NCBI GenBank assembly: GCA_965219955.1
Contig: OZ244799.1
Coordinates: forward strand, 64,001 to 128,000
Source: a bacterium
Lineage (GTDB): Bacteria > UBA8248
Direction of reading: 5' to 3'
DNA: 64,000 nucleotides
A program made the position numbers and the translations under genes. Positions 21,570 to 31,977 of the stretch are shown here, one piece after another. Position 1 is the stretch's first letter; every line of letters begins with the position of its first letter. The notes under the pieces are model-generated. The model was not told the DNA's origin. It made no database searches and was given only the letters and a program-made list of their open reading frames with translations.

Positions 21570-24215
21570 ATGAAGGGCAATGAGGTCCGCCGACAATTTC
21601 TCGAATTCTTCGCCGGCGAGGCGCACAGGATCGTTCGCAGCTCGGCGCTGGTCCCCATGAACGACCCCACCTTGCTGTTCACCAACGCCGGCATGGTCCA
21701 GTTCAAGGACGTGTTCACGGGCCTGGAGAAGCGCGACTACAACCGGGCGGTGAGTTCCCAGAAATGCCTGCGTGTGAGCGGCAAGCACAACGACCTCGAA
21801 AACGTCGGCCGAACGGCCCGGCACCACACGTTCTTCGAGATGCTGGGCAATTTCTCGTTCGGCGAGTACTTCAAGGAAAAGGCGATCGAGTTCGGCTGGG
21901 AGTTTCTGATTAACCGCGTGGGTCTGGACGGAGATCGCATGTGGATCACCGTCTTCAGGGAGGACGACGAGGCGGCGGAGCTTTGGGAGCGGCTCGTGGG
22001 CGTGCCGCCGGAGCGCATCGTCCGCATGGATGAGAAGGACAACTTCTGGGCGATGGGGGACACCGGCCCCTGCGGCCCCTGCTCGGAGCTCATTTATGAC
22101 CAGGGCGATCACATCGTCGGCGCGCCGCCGGGAAGCGGGCACGAGGATGAGGACGGGGATCGCTACCTGGAACTCTGGAACCTCGTGTTCATGCAGTTCA
22201 ACCGGGAGGCTTCGGGCAGGATGGAGCCGCTGCCCAAGCCCTCCGTCGATACGGGAATGGGCCTCGAACGCCTCACGGCGGTGGTGCAGAAAGAGGACAG
22301 CAATTATCACACCGACCTCCTGATGCCGCTCATTCATTCGGTCGAGGAGCGTTGCGGCAGGGAATACACCGGCAGCGACGCGCCGAACGACGTCTCGTTC
22401 CGCGTCATTGCGGACCACGTTCGCGCGGTGAGCTTTCTGGTGGCGGACGGCGTTCTGCCGAGCAACGAGGGCCGGGGCTACGTGTTGAGGCGCGTGGCGA
22501 GGCGGGCCTTGCGGCACGGCAGGATGCTGGGCATCGAGGGGCCGTTCCTGCATCAGACGGCGGGCGTGGTGGCCGACATGATGGGCGGTGCCTTCCCTGA
22601 ACTCAGGGAGGGCCTGAGCTACATCTCCCGCGTCACGCTGGCCGAAGAGGAGAGGTTCGCCAACACCCTGGCGCAGGGCCAGCCGCGCATGGACGCGCTC
22701 GCTGAAGAAGTGAAATCATCGGGCAGCGCCACCATTCCGGGCGGGGAGGTGTTCACCCTGCTCGATACTTATGGCTATCCGTGGGATCTGGCGGTGGAGA
22801 CGGCCGCGTTTCACGGCCTCGGGATAGACCAGGGCGGTTTCGACGAGGCGATGGAGCAGCAGCGCGAACGCGCGCGCGCCCACTGGAAAGGCTCGGGCGA
22901 AGCCGCCGTCGATGAAATCTGGCACCAGGTGCGCGATGAGGCGGGCGCGACCGAATTCACCGGTTATGATCACGATGAAGAACAAGCCTGCGCCCGCGCC
23001 CTCATGGTGGATGGCGTGCTGAGCGATGAAGCCGGCGCAGGAGATGAGGCGCGCGTCGTGCTCGACAAGACGCCGTTTTACGGCGAAGCGGGTGGGCAGG
23101 AAGGCGACAGGGGCGGGTTTTCCTGGCCCGATGGGGCCGCCGTCGTGCTCGACACGCAAAAGCCGCTTCCCGACGTGTACGCGCATCATATCAAGGTGAC
23201 GGAAGGAACCCTCAGGAAGGGACAGAACGTCAACGCGCGAATCGACACGGAGAGGCGCGATCTCTTGAGGCGCAACCACTCGGCCACCCACCTGCTGCAA
23301 TACGCGCTGCGCCAGGTTCTGGGAGATCACGTCAAGCAGGCGGGTTCTCACCTCTCGCCCGAGAGGCTGCGGTTCGACTACACCCATTTCGCGGCGATGA
23401 CGTCCCGCGAACGCGAAAGGGTGGAGGACATCGTCAACGAGCGCATTCGCGAGAACGCGAACGTGGAGACGCGCCACATGTCGATAGACGACGCGCTGGC
23501 TGAAGGGGCGACGGCGCTCTTCGGCGAGCGTTACGGCGAGGACGTGCGGGTCGTCTCCGTGGGTGATTTCAGCATGGAGCTTTGCGGGGGCACGCATGCG
23601 CGCGCCGTAGGCGACATCGGTTTATTCCGTATCCTGCACGAGGGCAGCGTGGCCTCGGGCGTGAGGCGCATCGAGGCATTGACGGGAGAGGGCGCGCTCC
23701 TCCAGGCCCGCAAGGAACAACACGTTCTCTCGGAAATCGGGGAGCTCACCAGGGCGGCGCCGCTCGAGGAGGCCGAGCGGGTGAAGCGGCTGCTCGACCG
23801 CGTGAAGACGCTCGAGCGTGAACTCAAGGATTCGCGCGACAGGCAATCGCGCGACGAGATGGGCGATCTGGCTTCCGAGGCCAAAGAAATTTCGGGCGTC
23901 AGGCTCATCGCCGTGAGACGCGACGGCCTTCAGGCGGGCGAGTTGCGCGGAATCATCGACGCGGCGAAGGGCAAGCTCCAAAGCGGCGTCGCGGTGGTCG
24001 CCGCCGTGACGGACGGAAAGGTCGCCATCGCCGCGGGCGTCACGAAAGACCTCACGTCTCGTATTCATGCCGGGAATCTCGTGAAAGAGGTGGCCTCGCT
24101 CGTCGGCGGCAGAGGCGGGGGCCGACAGGACTTCGCGCAAGCGGGCGGCAAGGACGTGGAAAAAGTGGACGACGCCCTCGCCGCTGTTCCCGGGCTGATC
24201 GAAAAGATGACATAA
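21570..24215 (+). CDS. alaS: Alanine--tRNA ligase
   Basis: DPTLLFTNAGMVQFK, HHTFFEMLGNFS, HSATH, ELCGGTH, GGRGGG. Confidence 0.98.
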   Translation: MKGNEVRRQFLEFFAGEAHRIVRSSALVPMNDPTLLFTNAGMVQFKDVFTGLEKRDYNRAVSSQKCLRVSGKHNDLENVGRTARHHTFFEMLGNFSFGEYFKEKAIEFGWEFLINRVGLDGDRMWITVFREDDEAAELWERLVGVPPERIVRMDEKDNFWAMGDTGPCGPCSELIYDQGDHIVGAPPGSGHEDEDGDRYLELWNLVFMQFNREASGRMEPLPKPSVDTGMGLERLTAVVQKEDSNYHTDLLMPLIHSVEERCGREYTGSDAPNDVSFRVIADHVRAVSFLVADGVLPSNEGRGYVLRRVARRALRHGRMLGIEGPFLHQTAGVVADMMGGAFPELREGLSYISRVTLAEEERFANTLAQGQPRMDALAEEVKSSGSATIPGGEVFTLLDTYGYPWDLAVETAAFHGLGIDQGGFDEAMEQQRERARAHWKGSGEAAVDEIWHQVRDEAGATEFTGYDHDEEQACARALMVDGVLSDEAGAGDEARVVLDKTPFYGEAGGQEGDRGGFSWPDGAAVVLDTQKPLPDVYAHHIKVTEGTLRKGQNVNARIDTERRDLLRRNHSATHLLQYALRQVLGDHVKQAGSHLSPERLRFDYTHFAAMTSRERERVEDIVNERIRENANVETRHMSIDDALAEGATALFGERYGEDVRVVSVGDFSMELCGGTHARAVGDIGLFRILHEGSVASGVRRIEALTGEGALLQARKEQHVLSEIGELTRAAPLEEAERVKRLLDRVKTLERELKDSRDRQSRDEMGDLASEAKEISGVRLIAVRRDGLQAGELRGIIDAAKGKLQSGVAVVAAVTDGKVAIAAGVTKDLTSRIHAGNLVKEVASLVGGRGGGRQDFAQAGGKDVEKVDDALAAVPGLIEKMT

Positions 24216-24280
24216 TCGCCACGCATCCGCGCCGGGTTCGGGCGGGACCATCGCAGCATTTTTCGTTTCGGAGAACGTCT

Positions 24281-25462
24281 TTGAGAGATTCGGCAGTGGC
24301 CGGCGCGGTTCCGGAGCGCCTCAAAAAAAGAAGAATCTCCCTGCTCATCGTCGCCCACGTCGCGAACGACAGCTATTTCGGATTTCTTCCCCCTTTGCTC
24401 CCCCTCATCGTAGAGCGCCTGGACCTGCCCCTGAGCCTGGCGGGTCTTCTGGCCACCACGCTTTCAGTAACCGGCGCCGTGGGCCAGCCCCTTTTCGGCT
24501 ACTTCGCCGACAGGATCAGGAAAGGATGGCTCCTGGCGCTCGGACCGCTGGGCGGCGCGCTGTTGGCGTTCATGCTCTACATGCCGAATTTCTGGATGCT
24601 CATGCTCCTCATGCTGATCGCAGGCTCGGGGTCGGCCTGTTTTCATCCCGTGGCTTCGGTCATCGCCGGTCAGTCCGCCGGCGCGAGAAAAGGGTTCGGC
24701 ATGTCGCTTTATGTCGCGGGCGGCCGTTTGGGCGTGGGGCTGGGTTCCGGGGTGGCGACGTTCATCGTCACCCGGTGGGGCATCGACGCCATACCTTACG
24801 CCAGTCTCTTCGGCATTATCATCGGGGCGCCCTTGCTTTTCTTCTCTCCACCCATCCAGGAAGTGGGAAGCGGCGCATCGCAAAGTTTCAAGCAGACGAT
24901 GTCTATGCTCAGGATCGTGTTCCGTCCGCTTTTCCTCTTGTGGGTCGTGAATTTATGCCGGACCACGGTGACCATGACGGTGCAGGTTTTCTTGCCGATC
25001 TACATTATCGCCAAAGGCGGTTCGCTGGCCGCGGGTGGAACGGCCGTTACCCTGTTTCTGGTCGCCGCGGCGGTGGGCGGCATCTACGGCGGTCATCTCT
25101 CGGACATTTTCGGCAGGCGGATCGTGACGATCATGGCCATTTGCCTGGGCACGCCCGCGTTGGGCATGGCCTTTCTGTTTGATGAGCCCTTGCGGACCGT
25201 CTTCGTCATATTATCGGGCGCCGCTTTTTACGCGCAGATGGGCGTTTCGGTGACGTACGCGCAGGAGATCGCTCCCGAACATGCCGCCCTGGTGAGCAGT
25301 TTCATGCTCGGCGTGGTCTGGTTCGTGGCGAGTATCGGGATGATCGCCGTGGGCGGCCTGGCCGATTACATCGGCGTGGAAACGGCCTTGCCTCTGGTCT
25401 GCATGGCGTTCGGCATCGTGGGTTCGTTCCTCTCTCTCGGATTGCCCAAGGAGACGGCGTAG
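24281..25462 (+). CDS. MFS transporter (Fsr-like)
   Basis: About 12 hydrophobic segments; HVAND, QPLFGYFADR, FHP, GHLSDIFGRR. Confidence 0.85.
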   Translation: MRDSAVAGAVPERLKKRRISLLIVAHVANDSYFGFLPPLLPLIVERLDLPLSLAGLLATTLSVTGAVGQPLFGYFADRIRKGWLLALGPLGGALLAFMLYMPNFWMLMLLMLIAGSGSACFHPVASVIAGQSAGARKGFGMSLYVAGGRLGVGLGSGVATFIVTRWGIDAIPYASLFGIIIGAPLLFFSPPIQEVGSGASQSFKQTMSMLRIVFRPLFLLWVVNLCRTTVTMTVQVFLPIYIIAKGGSLAAGGTAVTLFLVAAAVGGIYGGHLSDIFGRRIVTIMAICLGTPALGMAFLFDEPLRTVFVILSGAAFYAQMGVSVTYAQEIAPEHAALVSSFMLGVVWFVASIGMIAVGGLADYIGVETALPLVCMAFGIVGSFLSLGLPKETA

Positions 25463-25466
25463 AGGT

Positions 25467-25859
25467 ATGAGCGGAAAATTCAAACCCCTGGCCGTGGAAC
25501 GCGAGATAGCCGAGGAGATGGCCTCCACGCTCGGCCGCATCGGCAGCGAGTTCTCAAAGCGCCATCAGAGGGCGTGGGCCGCCTGGCGCGCCTGGGAAAA
25601 GGCAGGAGAACTCGGCGATAAAATCAGGGAAAGGCGGGAGAGTGCGCTCCACCACGCGATGGACGATGCCGAGCGCTACCGGTATTTTCTGATCGTGCAA
25701 AGAGAAGCGATGGGGCTTCGGAACCATGCGGAGGTGAACCGAAAATATCCGCTCCCCCGGGTGCCGGGCAGGCCGCCCGCCGCGGGCGACCCCACTAGCC
25801 CTCGTCTCGCTTGGCCCGGAGGATTTTCACGAGGTTGGCGTAGGAAGTTCTCCGGATGA
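25467..25859 (+). CDS. Hypothetical protein (DUF6665-like)
   Basis: EIAEEMASTLGR and FLIVQREAMGL motifs; GAGG RBS; tail overlaps the convergent mlaC end by 65 nt. Confidence 0.6.
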   Translation: MSGKFKPLAVEREIAEEMASTLGRIGSEFSKRHQRAWAAWRAWEKAGELGDKIRERRESALHHAMDDAERYRYFLIVQREAMGLRNHAEVNRKYPLPRVPGRPPAAGDPTSPRLAWPGGFSRGWRRKFSG

Positions 25860-26400
25860 TGGATCGGAACTGGTCCCGGTAGTTTTTCACCAGACTCACG
25901 CCCTCCACCACAACGTCGTAGACGCGCCATTCGCCTTCCACTTTGTGCAGGCGGTAGACGATGTTGACCTCTTTCTTGTTCGTCGTGATGATGACGGTGT
26001 TGACCTTGGCGAATTCCGCGTCGCTGGTCTCTTTGCCGAGAACGACTTTCTCGTTGGTGTAGCTTTCCAGTGTGCCGGCGTAGTTGCGTTCCATGAAATA
26101 GCTGAAAAGCTCGATGAATTCGGCCTTCTCCTCGGGCGTGCGCTTTCTCCACGCCCTTGCGAGGCTTCGCCGGGACATTTCCTCGAAATCGAAATACTGG
26201 TGGATGACCTTGCGCATCCGGTTTCTGCGCTCCGCCTTTTTCTCAGGCGCCTTCAATTCGGGCTGGCCGAGTATCTCCAACACCCCGTGTATCCCCTTGC
26301 GCACCACTTCGGAGGGCTCTCCCGCCTGGGTGGCCGAAGCGAGAAGCGCATGGGCCAGAAGTGCGGCGATGAGTAGCGGCAAACGCTTTTTCAACAACAT
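25795..26400 (-). CDS. mlaC: MlaC/Ttg2D phospholipid-binding protein
   Basis: Signal peptide, FDFEEMSRRSL, WRVYDVVVEGVSLVKNYRDQF; start ATG 26400. Confidence 0.9.
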   Translation of the reverse strand: MLLKKRLPLLIAALLAHALLASATQAGEPSEVVRKGIHGVLEILGQPELKAPEKKAERRNRMRKVIHQYFDFEEMSRRSLARAWRKRTPEEKAEFIELFSYFMERNYAGTLESYTNEKVVLGKETSDAEFAKVNTVIITTNKKEVNIVYRLHKVEGEWRVYDVVVEGVSLVKNYRDQFRSIIRRTSYANLVKILRAKRDEG

Positions 26401-26574
26401 GGTTTCTCCTCGTAGGGGAATGACTGCATTCGGGAGCGGCGGCAAAACTCGGATGATATGATGATGTTTATATGTTGTCCGGCTCTCTCGATTCTGAGTC
26501 TGCTGGCGCGAAGCACTCATTGGCGAACAGATTATCGGTCATCTTCCAGCGTTGTTTCAGGCGGCGATGCTCCT

Positions 26575-27024
26575 TTATTTCTTCTTCACATTGCCGAAAA
26601 TAAAGTCGCCGATGAGTTTCTCGATGTCAACCGGGGGCTCCGTCTCCCGAATCCGTCCGCCCGGGGGGATGATTTTTTCCGACCCTCCCTGGCTTAAGCT
26701 CACGTACTTGTCGCCCAATACCCCTTTCGTGCGAATCGAGGCGATGGAATCCCGCGAGAGCCTGATGCTCTCGTCGATGCGGAGCTTGATTCTCGCATCC
26801 TCCCCGTCCAGGGAGATTCCGCTCACCCGCCCGACGCGCACGCCCGCCATTTCGACCGAGGCGCCACTTCTCAAGCCTGTGGCGGACGTGAAATTCGCCG
26901 AGACTTCATAGGTGCCGTCATCGAAGAGATCCAGGCCGCCGAGGTTGATGGACAGATAGGCGAGCGCGAGGATTCCCGCCAGAACGAATACGCCGACGCC
27001 GAATTCCACGTTTTTCCGGTACAA
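26575..27024 (-). CDS. mlaD: MlaD MCE-domain protein
   Basis: EFGVGVFV TM, GLRSGASVEMAGVRVGRV, GVLGDKYV; TTG start with AAGGA RBS. Confidence 0.9.
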   Translation of the reverse strand: MYRKNVEFGVGVFVLAGILALAYLSINLGGLDLFDDGTYEVSANFTSATGLRSGASVEMAGVRVGRVSGISLDGEDARIKLRIDESIRLSRDSIASIRTKGVLGDKYVSLSQGGSEKIIPPGGRIRETEPPVDIEKLIGDFIFGNVKKK

Positions 27025-27038
27025 GGCTCGTTCCTTCT

Positions 27039-27827
27039 TCAAATGAGAATCGAGGTGAGGAAATAGTCGCCCACCAGTATCAGGACGGAAGACAGCACCA
27101 CGGCCGAGGTGGTCGCCTTGCCCACTCCCTCGGCCCCGTGACCGCAATGATACCCCTTATAGCAGCAGACCCATGTGACGATCAGGCCGAATACGATGGA
27201 CTTCCATAAGCCTACGTTGATGTCGACCATCTCGATCTTGTCCTGCATCTCCCCGAAAAAGGTGCCCGAACTCAAGCCCATCAACTCCACGCCAACGAGA
27301 TAGGCCCCGAAAATGCCGATGAGATCGCAAAGCGCCGTCAGCAGGGGGAATACTATCACGCCCGCGAGCAGCCGGGGAGAGACGAGGCGCTGCAGGGGGT
27401 TTACGGCCATGCTCTTTAAGGCGTCCACCTGTTCGGTGATCTGCATGATGCCGATTTCGGCCGTCATGGCGGAGCCCGCCCTGCCGGTGACGACGAGGGC
27501 GGTGAGCACGGGCCCGAGTTCGCGGATGAGGCTGAAGGCGACGGCGGGGCCCAGGAAGGCTTCGGAGCCGAATTTCCTGAAGGCGTAGATTCCCTGCAGC
27601 GCCAGCACCATTCCTGTGAACAGGCCGGTCAGCAGGACGATGGAGAGCGAACCCGTGCCGATGATGTATATCTGGCGCATCAGGAGCGAGGGCCGCCAGG
27701 GTGGCGCGAAGATCCACCGCACGGATTCGAGCAGGAAGATCGCAGCTCTTCCCATGCTGGCGATGATCTCCATCGCTCTGCGTCCGAGCGCCTGGATGCC
27801 TTGTCTCACCATTGTCGCGGAACTCAT
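27039..27827 (-). CDS. mlaE: MlaE ABC permease
   Basis: RELGPVLTAL..GRAGSAMTAEIG.M.ITEQVDAL. Confidence 0.95.
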   Translation of the reverse strand: MSSATMVRQGIQALGRRAMEIIASMGRAAIFLLESVRWIFAPPWRPSLLMRQIYIIGTGSLSIVLLTGLFTGMVLALQGIYAFRKFGSEAFLGPAVAFSLIRELGPVLTALVVTGRAGSAMTAEIGIMQITEQVDALKSMAVNPLQRLVSPRLLAGVIVFPLLTALCDLIGIFGAYLVGVELMGLSSGTFFGEMQDKIEMVDINVGLWKSIVFGLIVTWVCCYKGYHCGHGAEGVGKATTSAVVLSSVLILVGDYFLTSILI

Positions 27828-28011
27828 GGGGTTTGCCTTCTAATCCTCATCATGAGCGAGTATAGTGATCGTCATGGATTGCGTGGCGGCTTCGACGGGC
27901 GGTCTCGCGATTCGCAGGGCGGAGAAAGTCGATCCCTAGTGTATCGTTCCTGAAGCACGAAGATCAACGCCGGCTCGAGCAGTCATATTCTTCTAAGGGT
28001 TTGTTTTTTAT

Positions 28012-28836
28012 ATGAAAAATACAGCACTCGGCCCCCTGTCCAGATACATCGAGTTCGGGGTGCGCAGCCATGCGTCGGATTTTGCGCAGATCACCCGCCT
28101 TTTCGTAGCGATTTACGTGCCGGTATCCATGATTGCGCTTTCGGTTCATCCTTCCATCAAATCGCTGATCGACCCCCAGGCGAACCTCATGCTGCTGTTC
28201 CCCCTTATGATCGCCTCGCAGTTGATTTTGCGCGTATTACAGGTTTTCCTGTTCATTCTCCTGATCTTGAGGATCGAGTCCGAGCGCATGGGCGATGGAG
28301 CCGTTTGGGACATCGCCGAGGCGGTGAATCGCCTGAAGTCCGTCGCCAAGGTGGATTTGGCGTACACCTTTGGTTTGCAGTTGCTGGGCGTCATCGGGTT
28401 TGCGGCGGCGTTGTTCATCTTCAGTTTTATTTTCGGAGATTCACCCATCGGGCTTCCGTTCTCGTTCGCGGTCACGATTTTTCTCGTTCTCACGCCTGCG
28501 GTTCGGTATTATTTCTGCACCCTTACCGCGCTGCTCTATGGCGACGACTTCGCCCAGGCCTTCCGCCGCGCCGGGACGATATCGAGCGGAGGCGAGAGAA
28601 CCGTCGTCGTTTTGGCGATGACCTATCTGCTGATCTGGTTCATCCTCTGGCAAGTGATACAGGGGATTTTCGGCGGGGGTCTGTTGGGGCAGGTCCTGCT
28701 GCAGACGGGCGTGATGGTGACCTCTATCTCGTATTACCTGGCGGGGTATCTTCTGTTCTCGGACCTCTGCGAAGCGGCGAGCGCTAGGCGGGAGGACGAA
28801 GCGGGGCAGATCCCCGAAGATACGGACGACGCCTAG
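28012..28836 (+). CDS. Hypothetical polytopic membrane protein
   Basis: 274 aa, about 6 hydrophobic segments, acidic tail. Confidence 0.65.
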   Translation: MKNTALGPLSRYIEFGVRSHASDFAQITRLFVAIYVPVSMIALSVHPSIKSLIDPQANLMLLFPLMIASQLILRVLQVFLFILLILRIESERMGDGAVWDIAEAVNRLKSVAKVDLAYTFGLQLLGVIGFAAALFIFSFIFGDSPIGLPFSFAVTIFLVLTPAVRYYFCTLTALLYGDDFAQAFRRAGTISSGGERTVVVLAMTYLLIWFILWQVIQGIFGGGLLGQVLLQTGVMVTSISYYLAGYLLFSDLCEAASARREDEAGQIPEDTDDA

Positions 28837-28844
28837 CGCAGACC

Positions 28845-29624
28845 CTACAGGAAGACTTCGAAACTCAGCCCGTCATACGCCAGTTCCACGCCGCCGGGCA
28901 GGTTCCGGTTCGTTTCGTGGTATTCGAGTTCGAAATTGGTGTGGGTGAAATAGGTTTGCTCGGGCTCGAGCGCATCGACGATTTCCAGCGCCTCGGCGAC
29001 CGTGAAGTGTGAAGGGTGCTCGCGGTGGCGCAAGGCGTCCAGGACGAGGACGCGCACTCCTTTCAGGATTTCCATGGATTTTTCCGGAATGGCGTTGCAA
29101 TCCGTGGCGTAGGCGAAGTCCCCCACCCGAAGGCCCATCACCCTCATGCCGGCATGTTCGAGTTCGAAGGGGATGACGTTCATGCCGGCCACACCGAAAG
29201 GGGATTCTCCAATCTCCTCCAGCGTGAGTTGCGGCTTGAAGCCGCTGTAGTTCCCGTCGTTGAAGATGTAGCTGAAATTCTGGCGGAGAATCTTCACCGT
29301 GTTGGGATAGGCATAGCAGGGAATCGGCTTTCGCATCAGGAAATTGAAGGCTCGCAAGTCGTCGATGCCGTGGGTATGGTCCGCATGATAGTGCGTGTAG
29401 ACCACGGCGTCCACGCGGGTGATCTGGTGCCTGAGCGCCTGCTCGCGCAAATCGGGGCCTGTATCCACCAGCAGGTTTCGCCCTTTGTGTTCGATGATGA
29501 TGCTCGGACGAAGCCGCTTGTTCCTGGGATCATCCGAAAGACATGCGGCAGTGGTGCACCCGATGGAAGGAACGCCGGTGGAGGTGCCGCAGCCCAGAAC
29601 GGTGACACGAGCGCGTGCGTTCAT
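28845..29624 (-). CDS. MBL-fold metallo-hydrolase (PhnP-like phosphodiesterase)
   Basis: LGCGTSTGVP, DTGPDLREQ, THYHADHTHGIDD, AYDG. Confidence 0.9.
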   Translation of the reverse strand: MNARARVTVLGCGTSTGVPSIGCTTAACLSDDPRNKRLRPSIIIEHKGRNLLVDTGPDLREQALRHQITRVDAVVYTHYHADHTHGIDDLRAFNFLMRKPIPCYAYPNTVKILRQNFSYIFNDGNYSGFKPQLTLEEIGESPFGVAGMNVIPFELEHAGMRVMGLRVGDFAYATDCNAIPEKSMEILKGVRVLVLDALRHREHPSHFTVAEALEIVDALEPEQTYFTHTNFELEYHETNRNLPGGVELAYDGLSFEVFL

Positions 29625-30655
29625 CTCACCGAATCCGCCAGAACCCGAGCGGCGGTTTGCACGTCTTCCCTCGATACGTCCAGGTGGGTGACGGCGCGGA
29701 GCATCTTCGGACTGGGAACGGAGAAGGCGACGCCGTTTTTCATCGTCGCCTCGTTGATCTGGTGCGCCGTTTTGCCCGTTTCCGAGACGTCCAGGAACAC
29801 GAGATTGGTGGGCGTCGTGTCGTGGACGGGCCGAATCCCCGGAACCCCGGCGGTGAGTTCCGAGAATAGCTGGGCGTTGGCGTGGTCATCAGCCAAACGC
29901 TCTACATGATGGTCCAGAGCGTAGAGACCCGCGGCGGCGAGAACCCCCGCCTGGCGCCAGCCGCCGCCCAGCATTCTCCGGTAGCGGCGCGCCTCTTCGA
30001 TGAACGCTCCTTCCCCGAGCAGGATGGAGCCCACCGGGCAGCCCAGCCCCTTGGAGAGGCAAAAGCAGATCGAATCGCAGCGCCTCGCCCACTCCTGAGG
30101 GGGAATGCCGGAGGCGATGATGGCGTTGAAGATGCGGGCGCCGTCGATGTGAAGGGGGATGTTCTGCTCTTGCGAGAAGACGCGCAACTCATCGAGCCCT
30201 TCGAGGGGGAACACGTGGCCGCCGCCCTGGTTGTGCGTGTTCTCCACCCAGAGGAGGGAGCTTTTCGGGTACCCTCCCTTGGGGCGCAGCCATTCCTCGG
30301 CGTCTCCTCGCGCGTATGCCCCGCGTTTCGCCGAAATCAGGGCGAATTGAACGCCGGACAAAAACGGGCTTGCGCCCAGTTCGTTTCGAAAGGGATGGCA
30401 ATGGGAATCGGCGATGATTTCATCGCCCGGATTCGTGTGGACCTTGATGGCCAGTTGGTTGGCCAGCGTGCCGGAGGACACGAAAAGGCCGCCTTCCTTG
30501 CCGAACAGCGCAGCCGCCTTTTCGACGAGTTCGTTGACGCTCGGGTCCTCCCCCAGCATTTCATCGCCCACCGGGGCCTCGGCGATGGCCTCGCGCATCG
30601 CTGGCGTGGGGCGTGTTGCGGTGTCGCTTCTCAGGTCGATGAGCTGACGGGACAC
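29621..30655 (-). CDS. ltaE: Low-specificity L-threonine aldolase
   Basis: IDLRSDT, SGTLANQ, ENTHN, HIDGARIFNA, CLSKGLGCPVGS. Confidence 0.92.
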   Translation of the reverse strand: MSRQLIDLRSDTATRPTPAMREAIAEAPVGDEMLGEDPSVNELVEKAAALFGKEGGLFVSSGTLANQLAIKVHTNPGDEIIADSHCHPFRNELGASPFLSGVQFALISAKRGAYARGDAEEWLRPKGGYPKSSLLWVENTHNQGGGHVFPLEGLDELRVFSQEQNIPLHIDGARIFNAIIASGIPPQEWARRCDSICFCLSKGLGCPVGSILLGEGAFIEEARRYRRMLGGGWRQAGVLAAAGLYALDHHVERLADDHANAQLFSELTAGVPGIRPVHDTTPTNLVFLDVSETGKTAHQINEATMKNGVAFSVPSPKMLRAVTHLDVSREDVQTAARVLADSVR

Positions 30656-30830
30656 AGAATAGACCTCCCGGGTTCTGGCTCCCGTCTCTGGGAGTCGAGT
30701 AAAGCATTTGGTTTGCTGTCATCCGCTTGGTGGAGAATATATTTGCATAATCGCGAGTGATTTGCCAAATTATCGCCCTGTCATTTCCCGGCTTTTGTAC
30801 TCCTCACGCACGCCTGGAGATTGAACGGAT

Positions 30831-31964
30831 ATGCGCAATCCCGATGAGCTCCCGATTTTTGAAGATGATTTCCTGAGGCGCGCGAGGGCGTTTCAGATGC
30901 GGCGCCTGTATGTGGGGCTGGCGTCCTCCGCCCTGGAATTCGGCGTCGTGTTGGCGCTTTTGCTCTGGTATCTGGGTTCGGAGGCCGGGAAGCCTGTGGG
31001 CGGCGCGTTCGTAAGCGGATTCGCAACTTTCTCTCTCATCGTCTTCTTAAGAACGCTGGTCTCCTTGCCCTTTGATTACTACGGCGGCTACGTGCTCGCC
31101 CACCGGGAAAACTTATCGAACCAATCGCTGGCCGGTTGGATATGGGACAGATGCAAGGGATTGGCGCTCTTGCTGTTGTTGGGCGGCTCGGCCGGCGGTG
31201 TTTTTTTGATGATCATGGTCGCGTGGCCGGTTCATTGGTGGTGGATAGCCGCGCTGGCTTCTGTTTTGCTGGTGGTTTTCATCTCCCTCATCGCTCCGGT
31301 GCTGCTGGCGCCCATCTTCTTCCGCTTCAAGCCCCTGGCGGATGAGGAGCTCAGGGAGCGGCTCCTCGCCTTTCTGGAGAGAACGAAGGCGAGCGTGTAC
31401 GGCGGGGTGTGGGAGATGGATATGAGTTCGAAGAGCAAGACGGCGAACGCCGCCCTTGTCGGCTGGGGGCCGTCCCGGCGTGTGGTTCTCTCCGATACGC
31501 TGCTCGATTTCACGCCCGATGAGATCGAGGCGGTCCTCGCCCATGAGATCGCCCATCACGTGGGCCGCCACATCCCGGCCCTCATCGCGATGAAAAGCGT
31601 GATGCTGGCTTTCGCGATGTATCTCTCCCGGCACTCGCTTGAATGGCTGGGAGAATGGGCCAACCCCGCTCTCGTCCAGCCGGGAGAGCCCGCCGGCATC
31701 GTGGTTTTGTGGATCGTGCTGAGCATCCTGGGAGCGGTGATGTCTCCTCTCTTTCTCGTCATTTCGCGCGCTTTCGAGTACCGCTGCGATCGCTATTCGA
31801 CCGAGTACGCCGAGGCGAGGGGCGGATTGTCTTCCGCTCTCGTCAAGTTATGCAGGCAGAACCTGACGGACCCCGACCCGCCCGGCTGGGTGGTCGCGCT
31901 CTTTCATTCGCACCCCTCGGTTTACGATCGGCTGGCGAGAGTCGAGCCCCGGGAGAAGGCTTAG
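30831..31964 (+). CDS. M48 (Ste24-like) membrane zinc metalloprotease
   Basis: Multiple TMs, ANAAL.G, LAHEIAH, EYRCD, HSHP. Confidence 0.9.
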   Translation: MRNPDELPIFEDDFLRRARAFQMRRLYVGLASSALEFGVVLALLLWYLGSEAGKPVGGAFVSGFATFSLIVFLRTLVSLPFDYYGGYVLAHRENLSNQSLAGWIWDRCKGLALLLLLGGSAGGVFLMIMVAWPVHWWWIAALASVLLVVFISLIAPVLLAPIFFRFKPLADEELRERLLAFLERTKASVYGGVWEMDMSSKSKTANAALVGWGPSRRVVLSDTLLDFTPDEIEAVLAHEIAHHVGRHIPALIAMKSVMLAFAMYLSRHSLEWLGEWANPALVQPGEPAGIVVLWIVLSILGAVMSPLFLVISRAFEYRCDRYSTEYAEARGGLSSALVKLCRQNLTDPDPPGWVVALFHSHPSVYDRLARVEPREKA

Positions 31965-31977
31965 GTGGTATTTCGGC

